Shown here piece by piece: positions 25,789-39,203 of a stretch of DNA of 64,000 nt (positions within the stretch are counted from its first letter, which is position 1; every line of letters starts with the position of its first letter). Below the pieces are notes generated by a model that was not told the DNA's origin, made no database searches, and saw only the letters and a list, made by a program, of their open reading frames with translations. The stretch is taken from the NCBI RefSeq assembly GCF_006345805.1, contig NC_043002.1, positions 66,526,001 to 66,590,000 of the forward strand. The letters run 5' to 3'. This DNA is from Octopus sinensis. Lineage: Eukaryota. A program made the position numbers and the translations under genes.

Positions 25789-26685
25789 TTGGGTTGAGGA
25801 ATAATTCATGACCGTTTTTGTTAAACTTAAAAATGCACGCAGAAATAAAACGCATTGGTAAAATGATTTGCTATTCAAAAGAGAAGTTTTTGTTCTATAA
25901 GATAGTGTGTTTTGATTTTTTAATTTTATTGATTTTTTTTTTTTTTTTTTGTATTTTCATATTATTAAAATGGAATCTCAAGCGGACAAAACTGAGAATT
26001 TTCGACACCATTTGCTTTTTCAGTGTTTCCTTTACCGCATTGTCACTTGCAAAGAAAAATGGTGACTTTACGTCAATTTGAAGCAGCGAAAAGAATGGCT
26101 CAGCCCCGACAAACAAGCGACTCTGCAAGCAAAACAAGTCCTTTATCTTCGAAAGACCATGTTGTGTGTATAGTGGGACTGTGAAGTCATAATTCATTAC
26201 AAACTACTTCAGCACAACCAAACTTAATTCAGACCTCTACGTTCAACAGCTGTACCGACTCAATGAAGTAATTCAGCAAAGAAGACCGGATAGGTGAACT
26301 GGCTTTTTTCTGAAAAACGACAATGGCTTTCCTCATATCGCAAATATAATCAAAGCCGCGATTCAAGAACTCGAATGGGAAGTGCTGCCTCATCCTCTAT
26401 ACTCACCGAACTTGGCACCGTCAGATTTTTATCTCTTTCGACCGCTTTTGAACACTGCGCAGTGTATTGTTCAATAATGATGTGGAATTGAGGACTTGGT
26501 TGGACGAATTCTTTGAGTGAAGCCCAGGAGATTTCTATCACCGAGATATAGAAAAACTTATTAAACGATGGGAGGATGTTGTAAACAACAACTGAGAGTA
26601 TATTATTAATTAATTTGTTGTAGATTTTTGGTTAAAACAAATTTGAGAAGAAAAAAAAACGCTCATGAATTATTCCTCAACCCAA
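25789..26685 (+). mobile_element. Internally deleted mariner element
   Basis: TIR TTGGGTTGAGGAATAATTCATGA with TA TSDs. Fragments MESQADKTENFRHHLLF and HPLYSPNLAPSDFYLF..KRWEDVVNN. Confidence 0.88.
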
Positions 26686-27550
26686 TATATATAAATATAC
26701 GACGTCTACCAAATCCACTCATAAGGCTTAGGTCGGCTTGCGGCTATGGTAGAAGACACTTTTCCACTGAGACTGAACCTGGAACCATGTGGCTGAGAAG
26801 CAAACTTCTTACCATACTGCCACGCCTGCATTTTGACAATCAAATTCGGCAGAAGTTCATATTATGTGGGGCCTTAGTCAAGGAAAGGGCAACGTCTATG
26901 ACTTTCTTTTCTTTTCTCTTTTTTTTTTTTGATGGCTTTAGATACTGCTGAGGGAGAAGGGGGTTACCTCCTAACTAGAGATCTGACTCGAATGCTTACA
27001 ACAGAATAGGATCCCGCTAAAGGCCCCTATGGACCATGTGATGATGTTAAGAACTTTATCTTTCATTCTTGTATTAATCCTTTCTACAATAGGCACAAGG
27101 CCTAGAATTTTGGGGGAGGGAGACGTTCAGTTACATCGAACCCATTGCTCCACTGATATTTATATTATCGATCCAGAAAGGATGAAAGGAAAAGGCGATC
27201 TCAGCGGAATTTGAGCCCCGAACGTAAAGGCGATCGAAATGCCTTTAAGCATTTTGTCCGTCGTGTTAACGATTCTGCCAGGTCACCACCTTAGCATCCT
27301 TGCAATGATAGTTTCAAATTTGGGCACAAGGCCAGCAATTTCGTATGCTAGAGTAAGTCGATTAATCAACCCTAGTGTTCAACTGATACTTATTTTATCC
27401 ACCCCAAAAGGATAAAAGGCAAAGTCTACCTCGTTGGAATTTGAGCTCAAAACGCAAAGATCAGCGCAGTTCCGTTAAGCATTTTGTCCGGCGCATTAAC
27501 AATTCTGCCAACTTGCTGCCTTATCATGTTTGCAATAATAGTTACGTAAC

Positions 27551-27770
27551 TAAGGTGGCGAGCTGGTAGAAACCTTAGCACGCCGGCCGAAATGCCTAGC
27601 AGTATTTCGTCTGTCTTTATGTTCTGAGTTCAAATTCCGCCGAGGTTAACTTTGCCTTTCATCCTTTCGGGGTCGATAAATTAAGTACCAGGTGCGTACT
27701 GGGGACGATCTAATCGACTAGCCCCATCGCCCAAAATTTCGGGTCTTATGCCAAGAGTAGAAAAGAATAA
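27551..27770 (+). mobile_element. Full monomeric S1 SINE (other copies at about 11405, 12150, 13085, 16180, 27080, 32682, 33835, 34078 and 34316)
   Basis: GGTGGCGAGCTGG head, GTTCAAATTCC B box, GCCTTTCATCCTTTCGGGGTCGATAAATTAAGTACCAG body and GAGTAGAAAAGA end. Confidence 0.85.
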
Positions 27771-28489
27771 TACTCACGTAACTGGAGTACTTGATAAAAC
27801 GATTATACTCTGATGTTAATAGTTTTGGCGGTCTGTACCTATATTTGAAATTTATATTGTTTATAAAAGAAAGCATTTGCTTTACTAACTTTGTAATTCA
27901 TTCATATTGCTTGCGGTTACTTGGATTCTCTGCACCAAATCTTCGCAAACCACAAACCAAACAGATCTTTGGTAAGAAGAAGGAGGGAAGCGAGAGGGGG
28001 AAAAGTTTGAAAGTTGTGACAGAAAAGATGGAAATGAAAGAGAAGAGAGAGGAAGGTAGGTGAGGGATGGGATAGTGGAAGGAAGAAGGAACTGTAGGTT
28101 GGTGGATGATTGACGAGAGAGAGAGAGAGAGAGAGAGACTGAAGCAAACATAGAGACAGAGAGAGCAAAAAAATGAGAAGGAATGGCGGAAATTTAATGT
28201 TTGAAGGAAAGATTGATGAAAGGAAAGATAGAAAGGAAGGAAGTCTTCATAAAAGAATGGAACGAAAAAGGAAGGAAAGAGGAAAGAAGAAAGAAAAAGG
28301 TGGAACGATGGGAAAGAAAAAAAAACAAACAAGATATAAGTATCTTCAAAGAAAACAATACAAAATTAGAAGAAAAAGCAGAGAAAGAGAACAAAAAAGT
28401 CTGACAACACAAAGCAGTTAACGGTAAGGGAATGCGGAAAGACTAGAATTTTAAAAAAAAGTACAACGAAATTATATTGGTGAATAGGA

Positions 28490-28501
28490 AGACAAGAAAG
28501 T

Positions 28502-28538
<37 letters not shown>

Positions 28539-28551
28539 AAGAGAGAGACGG

Positions 28552-28594
<43 letters not shown>

Positions 28595-28945
28595 GCGAAA
28601 GAGAGAGAATGTGTGTATGAGAGAGAGGAGAGAAAGAGACAAAGAGACATGAGACAGACTGTGATAAGACACACACACATAATGAGAGAGAGAGAGAGAG
28701 AGACGGAGACAGACAGAGAAAGCGAAAGAGAGAGACAGAGAGAGTATGTTTGTGTGTGAAAAAGAGAGGAGAGAAGGAGACAGAGAGGCATGAGACTGAC
28801 TGTGATAAGACACACACACACATAATAAGAGAGAGAGAGAGATGAGACAGAGATATGATACAGACAGTGATGAGATAGATAGATAGATAGATAGATAAGA
28901 GAGAGAGAGAGAGAGAGGGAGAGAGGAGGAGGGAGGAGGGAGAGA
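28490..28945 (+). repeat. Purine-rich (GA)n/(GACA)n/(GATA)n compound repeat
   Basis: Direct reading; it produces the LSLS ORFs. Confidence 0.9.
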
Positions 28946-29859
28946 GATTGAAGAAAAGAAACAAAAGGAAAATTGAATGAAAATGAAAAGACAGAAAGAT
29001 AGAAATACATTAGGAAAAAAAGTGATAGTGCTTAGATTGCTCGACAAAGACGTCATTCATGGTATACAGTGTAAAATACTTATCTAGCGTCTCTCGGCAG
29101 ACATTTTTGTTATTTGTGTATACATTTAGTTATTACGCGGTAAAGTAAAGTGAAACTATTTCTATAATTAATCATCACTGAAATTCCTAAAAATCTTTTC
29201 ACTAACATGAAACTATTTTCTTTTTTTTTTTCTCTCTCTCTCTCTAACATTCTGCTGGCTGTGACTAACAGATGGACATAACATCATAATGGCCGGTGCT
29301 TCATTATGTCGACTGTGTGTGAACTTGATGGCATGATGTTCAGACGGAGGTGGCCAACGTTGACTATGTGTGAACTTGATGGCAGAGGGAGGTGACCAAC
29401 AGATAAACCGGATTTACTGACATGTGTAGCATCTTGAGCGGCAATGACATGCAGCTGGGAGCAACATCCTGGCAGCGGTTGTGATGATCAAATGAGGGAA
29501 GTAATATCCTCATGATTGTTACCAACATATGAAAGCAGGCTTGTGTTAAGGCAAGGGCATACTGAACAGTTGCCCAGGGATCCCACAGATTTAGGAGGCC
29601 CAGTTCTTATCTATGTAGGCTGTACAGTAAACGCATTATTTGCTTGATTGTCTATAACGCTGCTTAGACGACTCTGGATGAAAGTAACATTCAAAACGAT
29701 GCGACCATCAAATGACAATAAGTTTGAGATCCATGTGATGCTTGTACATCGAGCAGCCGATCATAGTGATCTGCCGCATCTTTTTCGGCATCCCTGTTGT
29801 TCTACTGGAAGTAGATCGTTTTCTGCAAGGAACGTATTATTATTATTATTATTATTATT

Positions 29860-30243
29860 GAGAGAGCAGTTCATGCCATCAAAGTGACACTGGGGTAAAA
29901 TATACGAAGCCCAATATACCCATCATGACTACCCGTCTGATAAGGGTACACCAGGCACATGCATCACTACCATATGTGCGCGACATGGTGATCTCATATC
30001 AAAATAAACAGCACATGACCTTGCAGGTGGGGCCCAGTTAGAATATTCTTCAGGTTGAGTAGCCCATCCTGCTCAAAAGGTCCCTGAATAAGGGTTATTT
30101 AAGGATGTTGAAAAAACCACCCATGTTTCCAGAGGTGAATTATTCAAACCCTAAAGAATCCCTCTCAACACATGGCTATGATACTCCCCTACTACTTCTG
30201 CTCGTGATCAGAGATGCATGTATCGTCAGCAACTAAGAGACAT
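29860..30243 (-). mobile_element. Repeated non-LTR 3' segment ending in (AAT)n (copies at 31361-31915 and 42413-42870)
   Basis: Three homologous 380-560-bp copies with a shared 3' end and variable 5' truncation; the first two abut an (AAT)n tail. Confidence 0.7.
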
Positions 30244-30330
30244 TATTATTATTATTATTGTTATTTGATGAAAACTCTCAGGTTATTTTGCAGTGTATAA
30301 AGGAGAATGTCAGCTGCCTATGGCCGAACA

Positions 30331-30606
30331 TTATCCCATCTGATTATCATTTATTCCGCAGTCTTCAAAATCTTTTGGAGAAAAATTTGAATTCTGTAGA
30401 CTAGGTCAAAGCAGTACTGGAGGAGTATTTTTCGTCACGGACAAGTGAATTTTGGAAGAGGGGGCCTTGTAAGTCTACCAGATAGATGGAAGAGCATTGT
30501 AGAAAGTGAAGGAGAGTATATATTAGATTTAAAAAGAATTTGTTTATCTTAATTTTGAAAAATGAAAGAAATATAAAAAAAAACCGCATTTATGGGACGA
30601 TCCAAT
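30331..30606 (+). mobile_element. Mariner 3' fragment
   Basis: PSDYHLFRSLQN..EFWKRGL.SLPDRWKSIVESEGEYILD followed by a TIR-like TTTATGGGACGATCCAATA. Confidence 0.85.
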
Positions 30607-30766
30607 ATTCTCCAGACTGGTAAACCAAAGAAAAATATTAAACTCAGCCACGCCTCATCCATCTCTGAAGTTAATCTACGAGTGAGAGAATCTCCTTTAA
30701 TACATGATGCTATACTGCTATACATAGATTTGTGGAACTTTATTAAACTTCAGGAAGAAGTTAATA

Positions 30767-30904
30767 TTAGGTTGTCCCAAAAGTTCGTAAATCTGGAATA
30801 TAAAGATGAAGGTAACTATAACAATATAAACCCAAACAAATAATTAAAAATTGCATAAAAATTCAAATTTTCGCAAGTGTTTACGAACTTTTGGGACAAC
30901 CTTA
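30767..30904. mobile_element. 138-bp mariner-type MITE
   Basis: TIR AGGTTGTCCCAAAAGTTCGTAAA with TA flanks. Confidence 0.85.
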
Positions 30905-31292
30905 TATATGCTCTTATTATAACATTTTCTATATGAGATTTTTATCTTTAAAACTGTTATTGTAGTTGTTAAAGTGTATGAAAACGAGTATACAATCTAA
31001 GAATGACCATCGCAGCTTACACTTATTTACTTATCTATGACTGTAATCTTTAATGATTGCTGTTTTTAAAAAGGGTAGGGTGTAATTTTAGCCGGATCTA
31101 GAGTAATCATGTACAAGAGTTTAAATTCTTTTTTTTTTTTTTATCTCAGCGTCATAAAAAAACCCCCAAATTTAATTCCTAAAATGACACTAAATTACGA
31201 CAAATTATGTATTCAAATTCTCTGATATCAATCATCAATTAACATACTAACACACTTTTCATAAGCATATTTTACGCTTATCATCATCATCA

Positions 31293-31354
<62 letters not shown>

Positions 31355-31915
31355 GGTATGAAAGAGCAGTGAATGCCATCAAAGTGACGTGACACTGGGT
31401 TAAAATATACGAAGCCCAGTATACCCATCATGACTATCCGTCTGATAAGCATACACTGGGCACATGCATCACTACCATATGTGCGCGACATGATGATCTC
31501 ATATCAAGATAAACAGCGCATGGCCTTGCAGGTGGGGCCCACTTAAAATTTTCTTGTGGTCGGGTAACCCATCCTGCTCAAAAGGTCCCTGAATAAGGGT
31601 TGTTTGAGGATGTTGAACGAAACACCCATGTTTCCAGAGGTAAATTATTCAAACCCCAAAGAATCCCTCTCAACACATGGCTATGATGCTCCCCAACTAC
31701 TTCTGCTCGTAATCAGAGATGCACACATCGTCAGCCACCAAGGGACATGCTCAAACCGATTAAGGTCAAACAACTGACAAGCAAATCTGTGGTATTGAGC
31801 AGAATATTTGCTGTAGCCCATCTCTTATACCAAGACAAACCAATGTACATGATAACACTTCCAATCAGTTAAGATCAGAAGCCACGAGAGCCACTGCCTG
31901 GTACTGCATCAGGGC

Positions 31916-31987
<72 letters not shown>

Positions 31988-31997
31988 GTTATTATTA

Positions 31998-32073
<76 letters not shown>

Positions 32074-32159
32074 CATCATTATTCAAATTCCGTCGAGGTA
32101 GAATTTGCCTTTCATCCTTTCGTGGTCGATAAATTAAGTACCAGTGAAACATTGTTTAC

Positions 32160-32560
32160 TGGTCATACTTCAAGGACTCTGCGAAGAATTCTTGCAGTTT
32201 TCAACAATGCTGATTTTTGTAGGTGTTCTGTCATCGCACCTATCTTTTTCAGCCATGTTGGTAGTTGAGAGCTGATAGTTCCAACTGCACCGATTACTAT
32301 TGGTATCACGTCTACTCTCCTCACTGACCACAACCTTCGTATTTTCCACTTCAAATCGTCATAGTTGTTTATTTTGCTTCTTCTTTCACATTGATCCCGT
32401 TGTCACCGGGGCATGCTATGTCGAGTATCATACATGTTCTTTATTTTTTATTCACCACAACAATGTCCGGTTTCCGATGTGTGGTCGGATAGCACTGGAC
32501 CATTGCATCCCACTGGATTTTGCAATTCTCGTTTCCGGTGACTCCTTCTGGAGTTTGCCC
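32160..32560 (-). mobile_element. R4/Dong-like LINE RLE C-terminal fragment
   Basis: DLKWKIRRLWSVRRVDVIPIVIGAVG..HLQKSALLKTARILRRVLEV. Confidence 0.8.
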
Positions 32561-33545
32561 ATACAACAATCATCATCCTCATCATCATCATCATATAATC
32601 GACTCATTCCCTCCCCCAAAATTGCTGGCCTTGTGGCAAAATTTGAAACTATTATAATTATTCTTATTATCATCCTCATCAAGGCGGCGAGCTGGCAGAA
32701 TCAGTCGAACAAAATGCTTAGCGGCATTTCGTTCGCCTTTGCGTGTTCTGAGCTCAAATTCCACCGACGTCGATCTCGCCTTTCATCCTCTCGGGATCGA
32801 TAAATTAAGTACCAGTTTAGCACTGAGGTCGATGTAATTAACTTACTTCCTCCTACGATCTTGTTTGTCTTGTGCCAAATTTGAAACTAATCATTAAAAA
32901 ATGTTTTAAGTTTGTCCGATTCACTTAAGCACAAGATAACTCCGTCATAGTTCCTTCTCATGGAAGACATGGAAGAGGCTTCATTTTGTAGTCTTCATCT
33001 AGACATGGTATATTATTTTTAATGCACGAAGAAAAGGAGAGAAATTAGATGTAGTGCTTTTGCATTTAATCGTGCTATTTACCAAATAAGGTTATATAAT
33101 GTCCACAAATCAGCGCCGACACTGAGACGGAACTTCTACTATTGCACACTATAACACAAATGTATACTTTACATTTATGACAAGCACCAAATTATATTCC
33201 GAGATAAACACCGGCTTAAACACCAATCCTATAGTTTTACGATGATGGAAACCTCTGAATGCTAAAATCGACTTGAGGCAGAGATTTTAAGACTGAATAG
33301 TCGTCAAGAAGAATATTTAAGTTTATTGCTTTATTAGAAATATTATTTGCCAACCAGAAAGAAGAAATAATTGTTATCTCTCTAAAGCAGAGTGATTATA
33401 CTTCCACCCTCCTTTCAATCTCTTTCTCTCTCTCCCCATCTTTCCTCTTCCTCTCTCTCTCTCTCTTGCTCGTTTACAACCTTAGAATGGACTGAACTAC
33501 ATTCCCAACGTGATCATTATTCTTCTAAACGATTCTGATTGGATA

Positions 33546-33781
33546 GCAGGCAGATCACATTTGCGTTATTTTCTACGATTGTCTTGAATTTTGTGATGGC
33601 TCTTTTGTACACCCTGATGTTGTCTTTCTGGCTGTATCCAGAGAACTGCCTGTGGAGGATGAAGTGCTACATGTGTCTCTAATTCCGTATGCAGCCAAAA
33701 ACACAGGGTCAGGGTGTACAAAAGTGCCATAGCAAAATTCCAAGACCATCGTAGAGAATGATGCAAATAGGATCTGGCTGC
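33546..33781. repeat. Old fold-back/MITE with ~72-bp diverged arms
   Basis: 33546-33617 approximates the reverse complement of 33709-33781. Confidence 0.75.
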
Positions 33782-35169
33782 TCATGGAATAGCATAGAAA
33801 GGACTAACAGGGTTCTTATTGGATATTTAATACTGGTTTCAAATTTTGGCACAAGGCCAGCAATTTAGGAGGGGGCTTAAATCGATTACATCGATCACAG
33901 TACTCAACTGGTAGTTATTTCATCGACCCCGAAAAGATGGAAGGCAAAGTCGAACTCGGTGGGATTTGAACTCAGAACGTAAAGACCGACGAAATGCCGC
34001 TAGCGGCAGACGAAATATCGGTAAGCATTTCGTCCGAAGTGTTAACGTTTTTGCCTGCTCACCGCCTTATTATATTCTTTTCTACTCTAGGCACAATGCC
34101 CGAAATTTTGGGGGACGGGGCCAGTCGATTAGATTGATCCCAGTACGTAACTGTTACTTAATTCATCGATCCCAAAAAGATGAAAGACAAAGTCGACCTC
34201 GGCGGAATTTGAACAAAGAACGTAAAGACCGACGAAATGCCGCTAAGCATTTTGTCCAGTGTGCTGACCATTCCATCAGCTTCCAAACTGGATATTCAGT
34301 ATTGAAACTCTCATAAGGCGGCGAGCTGATAGAAACGTTAGCACGCCGGGCGAAATGCTTAGCGATATTTCGTCTGTCTTTACGCTCTGAGTTCAAATTC
34401 CGCTGAGGTCAACTTTGCCTTTCGCCCTTTCGGGGTCGATAAATTAAGTACCAGTTGCGTACTGGGGTCGATCTAATCGACTACCCCCACCCTTCCAAAA
34501 CAAATTTCGCGCCTTGTGCCAAGAGTAGAAAAGAAAAAAATACTGAAATACTCATTATTATTCGCTTTTATTCTTACTCTCCCTCAACCATCACTCTCTC
34601 TTTTCCTCCGAATATTAACTGTGAAAGAGAGAGGACATCCACGTAGATATATAAAGTATTATGCGAATATGAAATACTACAACGTTATATATTTAGTCCT
34701 TTGCCTGGCTTGTGTATCACATGTTTCCTTGGCCTCCATACAACCATATTTCCCTGGCATCCATACGATATATATCATTATGTCCATTGCAATCTTCTTC
34801 CCTTAGGGTTTTGCGACTGTCTTTCTTCTGCTGTTTCTATAGCTCTTCATGATTTACAGGGTTCAATTGCTGGTCCAACACTCAGCCGTCTTTATTTTCT
34901 TCCGGGTTTAGGGCCCTGATGGTAGGATATACATAGCAAGGTGGAGTTATCCCATAAGAATAACTTGTGAACGGAATGCTTACGAAAGAAAAAAAACTTT
35001 ATATTACTCAAAATGCATGAAATAAACACTAATTAAAAGTTTGAAAACAAACATGGCAGTCAAGATTAACTAATGAAAATGCTTTGAACAAGTAAAGGAT
35101 TATGTTGGTTTACCACACCGCTTTGGGACAAACAGAAGTAAAAAAAAAAAGACATAAATGTGAGTCACA

Positions 35170-35428
35170 GGATGAAGGCGGAAGAGACCGTGCTTCGTGC
35201 AAGGTCGACGACGCGACGCGCCGGACGACCGAAACGGCGAAGAAACGCCGCGACATCCAAAAGAGCACGGCGCCGCCGGTGACGGCGGCCGGCGCGAGGC
35301 AACCCGAATGCTACCACCTATGCTACGCCTACCGTGTACCCTCACAAAACCGGACTAAAGTCAAGCACAACAGAGTCTTCTTTCCCTGCCGATCCATCCA
35401 AGCCCGTTCCCAAGCTGAAAATAAGTAG
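35170..35428. other. CpG-rich island of unknown function
   Basis: Abrupt GC/CpG enrichment; one + frame is open from 35102 to 35428. Confidence 0.6.
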
Positions 35429-35760
35429 TATGATATATAATAGAGCTCACTATTTAAAGCAGTCATGGTTAATGTGAAAAATGAAGATTGCTTTCTATAA
35501 TTTGAAAAAGAAAACGAAATAGTGAACTGAAACTCATTCAATATCAGTGATAAGATATTTCATAAGTTACAGGTTTCGTCAGAATCTAGGACTGGCTGGG
35601 TACCATAACATTGAGTTCACACTAAAGTAAATGATAAGCTTTTTATCTTCGTAGAATAAAATTTATTCCAATATTTGAACTATTTGTCAAGACAGACCCA
35701 CAGACCATTACTAGTTTCTCTTTTGTGTCTACTATTTTTCTATGTAATATAATATAATAT

Positions 35761-35966
35761 GAGTGGTTGTGTGGTGAGAGGCTTGCTTACCAACCACATA
35801 GTTCCGAGTTCCTTGGGCAACTGTTTTCTACTATATAGCCTCGGACCGACCAAAGCTTTGTGAGTGGATTTGGTAGACGGAAACTGAAACAAGCCCGTCG
35901 TATATATGTAGATATACATATTATATATTATATATATATATTATATATTATAGTATGTGTGTTGTG

Positions 35967-35997
<31 letters not shown>

Positions 35998-36215
35998 TGT
36001 GTGGTGTGTGTGTGTATTTGTGTGTCTATGTTTGTCTCCCAGCATCGCTTGACAACCGATGCTGGTGTGTTTACATCCCCGTAACTTAGCGGTTCGGCAA
36101 AAGAGACTTATAGAAGAAGTACTAGGCTTGCAAAAAATAAGTCCTGGGGTCGATATGCTCGACTAAAAGCGGTGCTCCAGCATGGCCACGGTCAAATGAC
36201 TGAAACAAGTAAAAG
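35761..36215 (+). mobile_element. S2 SINE with an internal microsatellite
   Basis: Head, CCTTGGGCAA box, (TG)n and conserved tail. Confidence 0.85.
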
Positions 36216-36546
36216 TGTAAAAAAGAAAGAGTATAATATAATTTAATACAATATAGGAGTATGTATGTATGTATGTATGTAGTATGTATGTATGTTCGTG
36301 TTTAAAAGCCATTCAAAGAATTTTTTTTTAAATGAGTGAAACAAACATGAAACCAGACATATACACCGTTATTATTTGCGTTATTATATATACAGATAAA
36401 GGCAATTATGTTCTTAAGAAATAAACTGTGTTGGCGATCGACTTTTAATCTGTTGCAAAGAAGAAAGTTAAATAAACTTTGAGAATACACAGAGAAATAG
36501 TTAACGTTACTCTCAGACGAATGGAAGAACGGTAAATGCCTTGTTT

Positions 36547-36578
<32 letters not shown>

Positions 36579-36894
36579 TCAAACATACGTATGGTAAATG
36601 CATTTAAACCAGTTTTGATCATAAACACACATGCACCTACGCATGCGCATATATGCGCACATTCACGCATATGCACACACAAACCACATTTACAGACAGC
36701 GTCCCAAACGTGAGCAGATATATATTTGCTTACAAGCAGACGTGTAGGAAATTCGTATGTATGCGCGATATATATGTGTGTGTTTGTGTGTGTGTATGTG
36801 TGTGTGTGTGTGCTTGTGTGTGTGTGTGTGTGTCTATGAACATGTATGCGTGCATATATGTGTGTGGTATATATATATATATATATTTATATAG

Positions 36895-36930
<36 letters not shown>

Positions 36931-36974
36931 TAAACAAAGCCTGTATATACTTACACACACATACACACACACAC

Positions 36975-37006
<32 letters not shown>

Positions 37007-37384
37007 GTACGTATGTTCTTAAATAAACATAAGTATGCTTGTAAATATGTACACACACACCTGCACACATACACACACACACACACACGCACATACACGT
37101 ATATGAGTGTGTCTGTGTGTCTGAGTCTGAGAATGTATGTGTGTATTCACGTGTATCTATATATGTGTATAAATTTAACATGCGTCAGTCTCATGTTACC
37201 GCCTAACAACACCTCGTAGAACTTACAAGCCGGTCTTTAACGCTTATTGAGTGAGCGAGGTAAAACATACTCATTGAAACAATGTGTAAACTTTTCTGCT
37301 TTTAACTGCATATATGTGTGCGTGTATATATATATATATATATATATATATTATGCGTGTGTGTGTATACATATATATGTATAT

Positions 37385-37449
<65 letters not shown>

Positions 37450-37468
37450 GCGTGTGTGTGTATACATA

Positions 37469-37512
<44 letters not shown>

Positions 37513-37534
37513 GCGTGTGTGGTGTATACATATG

Positions 37535-37580
<46 letters not shown>

Positions 37581-37581
<1 letters not shown>

Positions 37582-37793
37582 TTTATTTTAAGCAGCAGAA
37601 AATTCAACAAAATCTTGTTACTCTGAGTTTCTCGTTGCCGTTCATCAGACAGTTTGTCTGATGAACGGCAACGAGAAACTCAGAGTAACAGATTTTGTTG
37701 AATTTTCTGCTGCTTAAAATAAAGCATATTACTCTACCACTGGTATTTGAGTACTCTTTTTTCCACCTTGTTTCACATTTATGTGTTTACTCC

Positions 37794-37797
<4 letters not shown>
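37581..37797. mobile_element. Family A element with a 144-bp palindrome (37581-37724) carrying hammerhead motifs on both strands
   Basis: 71/70-bp arms with a 3-nt loop. On the + strand: CTGATGA at 37658-37664, GAAA at 37675-37678, GUA at 37685-37687. Flanked by (TA)n. Confidence 0.8.
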
Positions 37798-37852
<55 letters not shown>

Positions 37853-38118
37853 TTTTTATTCTTTATGCTTGTTTCAGTCCATTTCACTGCGGCCATGCTG
37901 GAGCACCGCCTTTAGTCGAACAAATCGACTCCAGGACTTATTCTTTGTAAGCCTAGTACTTTTTCTATCGGCCACCTTTGCCGAACCGCTAAGTTATGGA
38001 AACGTAAACACACCGCCATCGGTTGTTAAGTGATGATGGGGAGACAAACATAGGCACCCCACCATATATATATACATATATTTATATACATATGTATGAA
38101 TATATATATATATGTATG

Positions 38119-38219
<101 letters not shown>

Positions 38220-38430
38220 TATACATAAAGGTATTTTAATATGCTGCCACATTTTTTGATGGAGTTTTTTTCTGTAAAAAAACTTCATCCTATACTAGTA
38301 GCAGACATATATATACATATATACATATACATATATATACATAGTATGAATATATGTATGTATACCATATATATATATATTATATATATATTATATATCA
38401 TACATATGTATATATATATATATTATAAGT

Positions 38431-38512
<82 letters not shown>

Positions 38513-39068
38513 ACATATATATGTATATAAGACTATAACTTCCTCTCTTCTCGGTGATCCTCATTTCCATGCCGTCATTTTTCTATCTCGTGAGGGGAAA
38601 CAGCAGTTTTGTTGTTCATTTTGTATGTTTTTTTTCCCCCTAACACCCACGAAAAAAAGGTTTCTATAAATAACTCCATATTCCGCTATGGTCCTTCCCC
38701 ACAATGATATCTAGTTACACTCAAAACGGGGAATGCAGGCAGCGTCAGTCAGGATGTTTCTTCAGTCACTGCTGCCAAAGAGGCTACCATTCTTCTGAAA
38801 AGATAAATTATATACACAACTAACCTTCCAGCAACCCTTCCATCCCCACCGCCCATTCATCCATCCATCCATCCATCCAACCATCCATCCATCCATCCAT
38901 CCATCCATCCGCCCACCCGTTTATCCATCAGTTCCATCCCACATACATCCAGCTATCTGTCTGTCAGCATACAGATGTGTGATTTGAATGTGCGCGCGTG
39001 CGTGTGCGTACGTGTACGTAATGCGTTAATGTATGTGTGTATAAATGTATGTATGTATGTGTGTATGC

Positions 39069-39107
<39 letters not shown>

Positions 39108-39170
39108 TGTATAAATGTATATGTATATGTATAAATGTATGTATGTGTATACACACACACACACACACAC

Positions 39171-39203
<33 letters not shown>

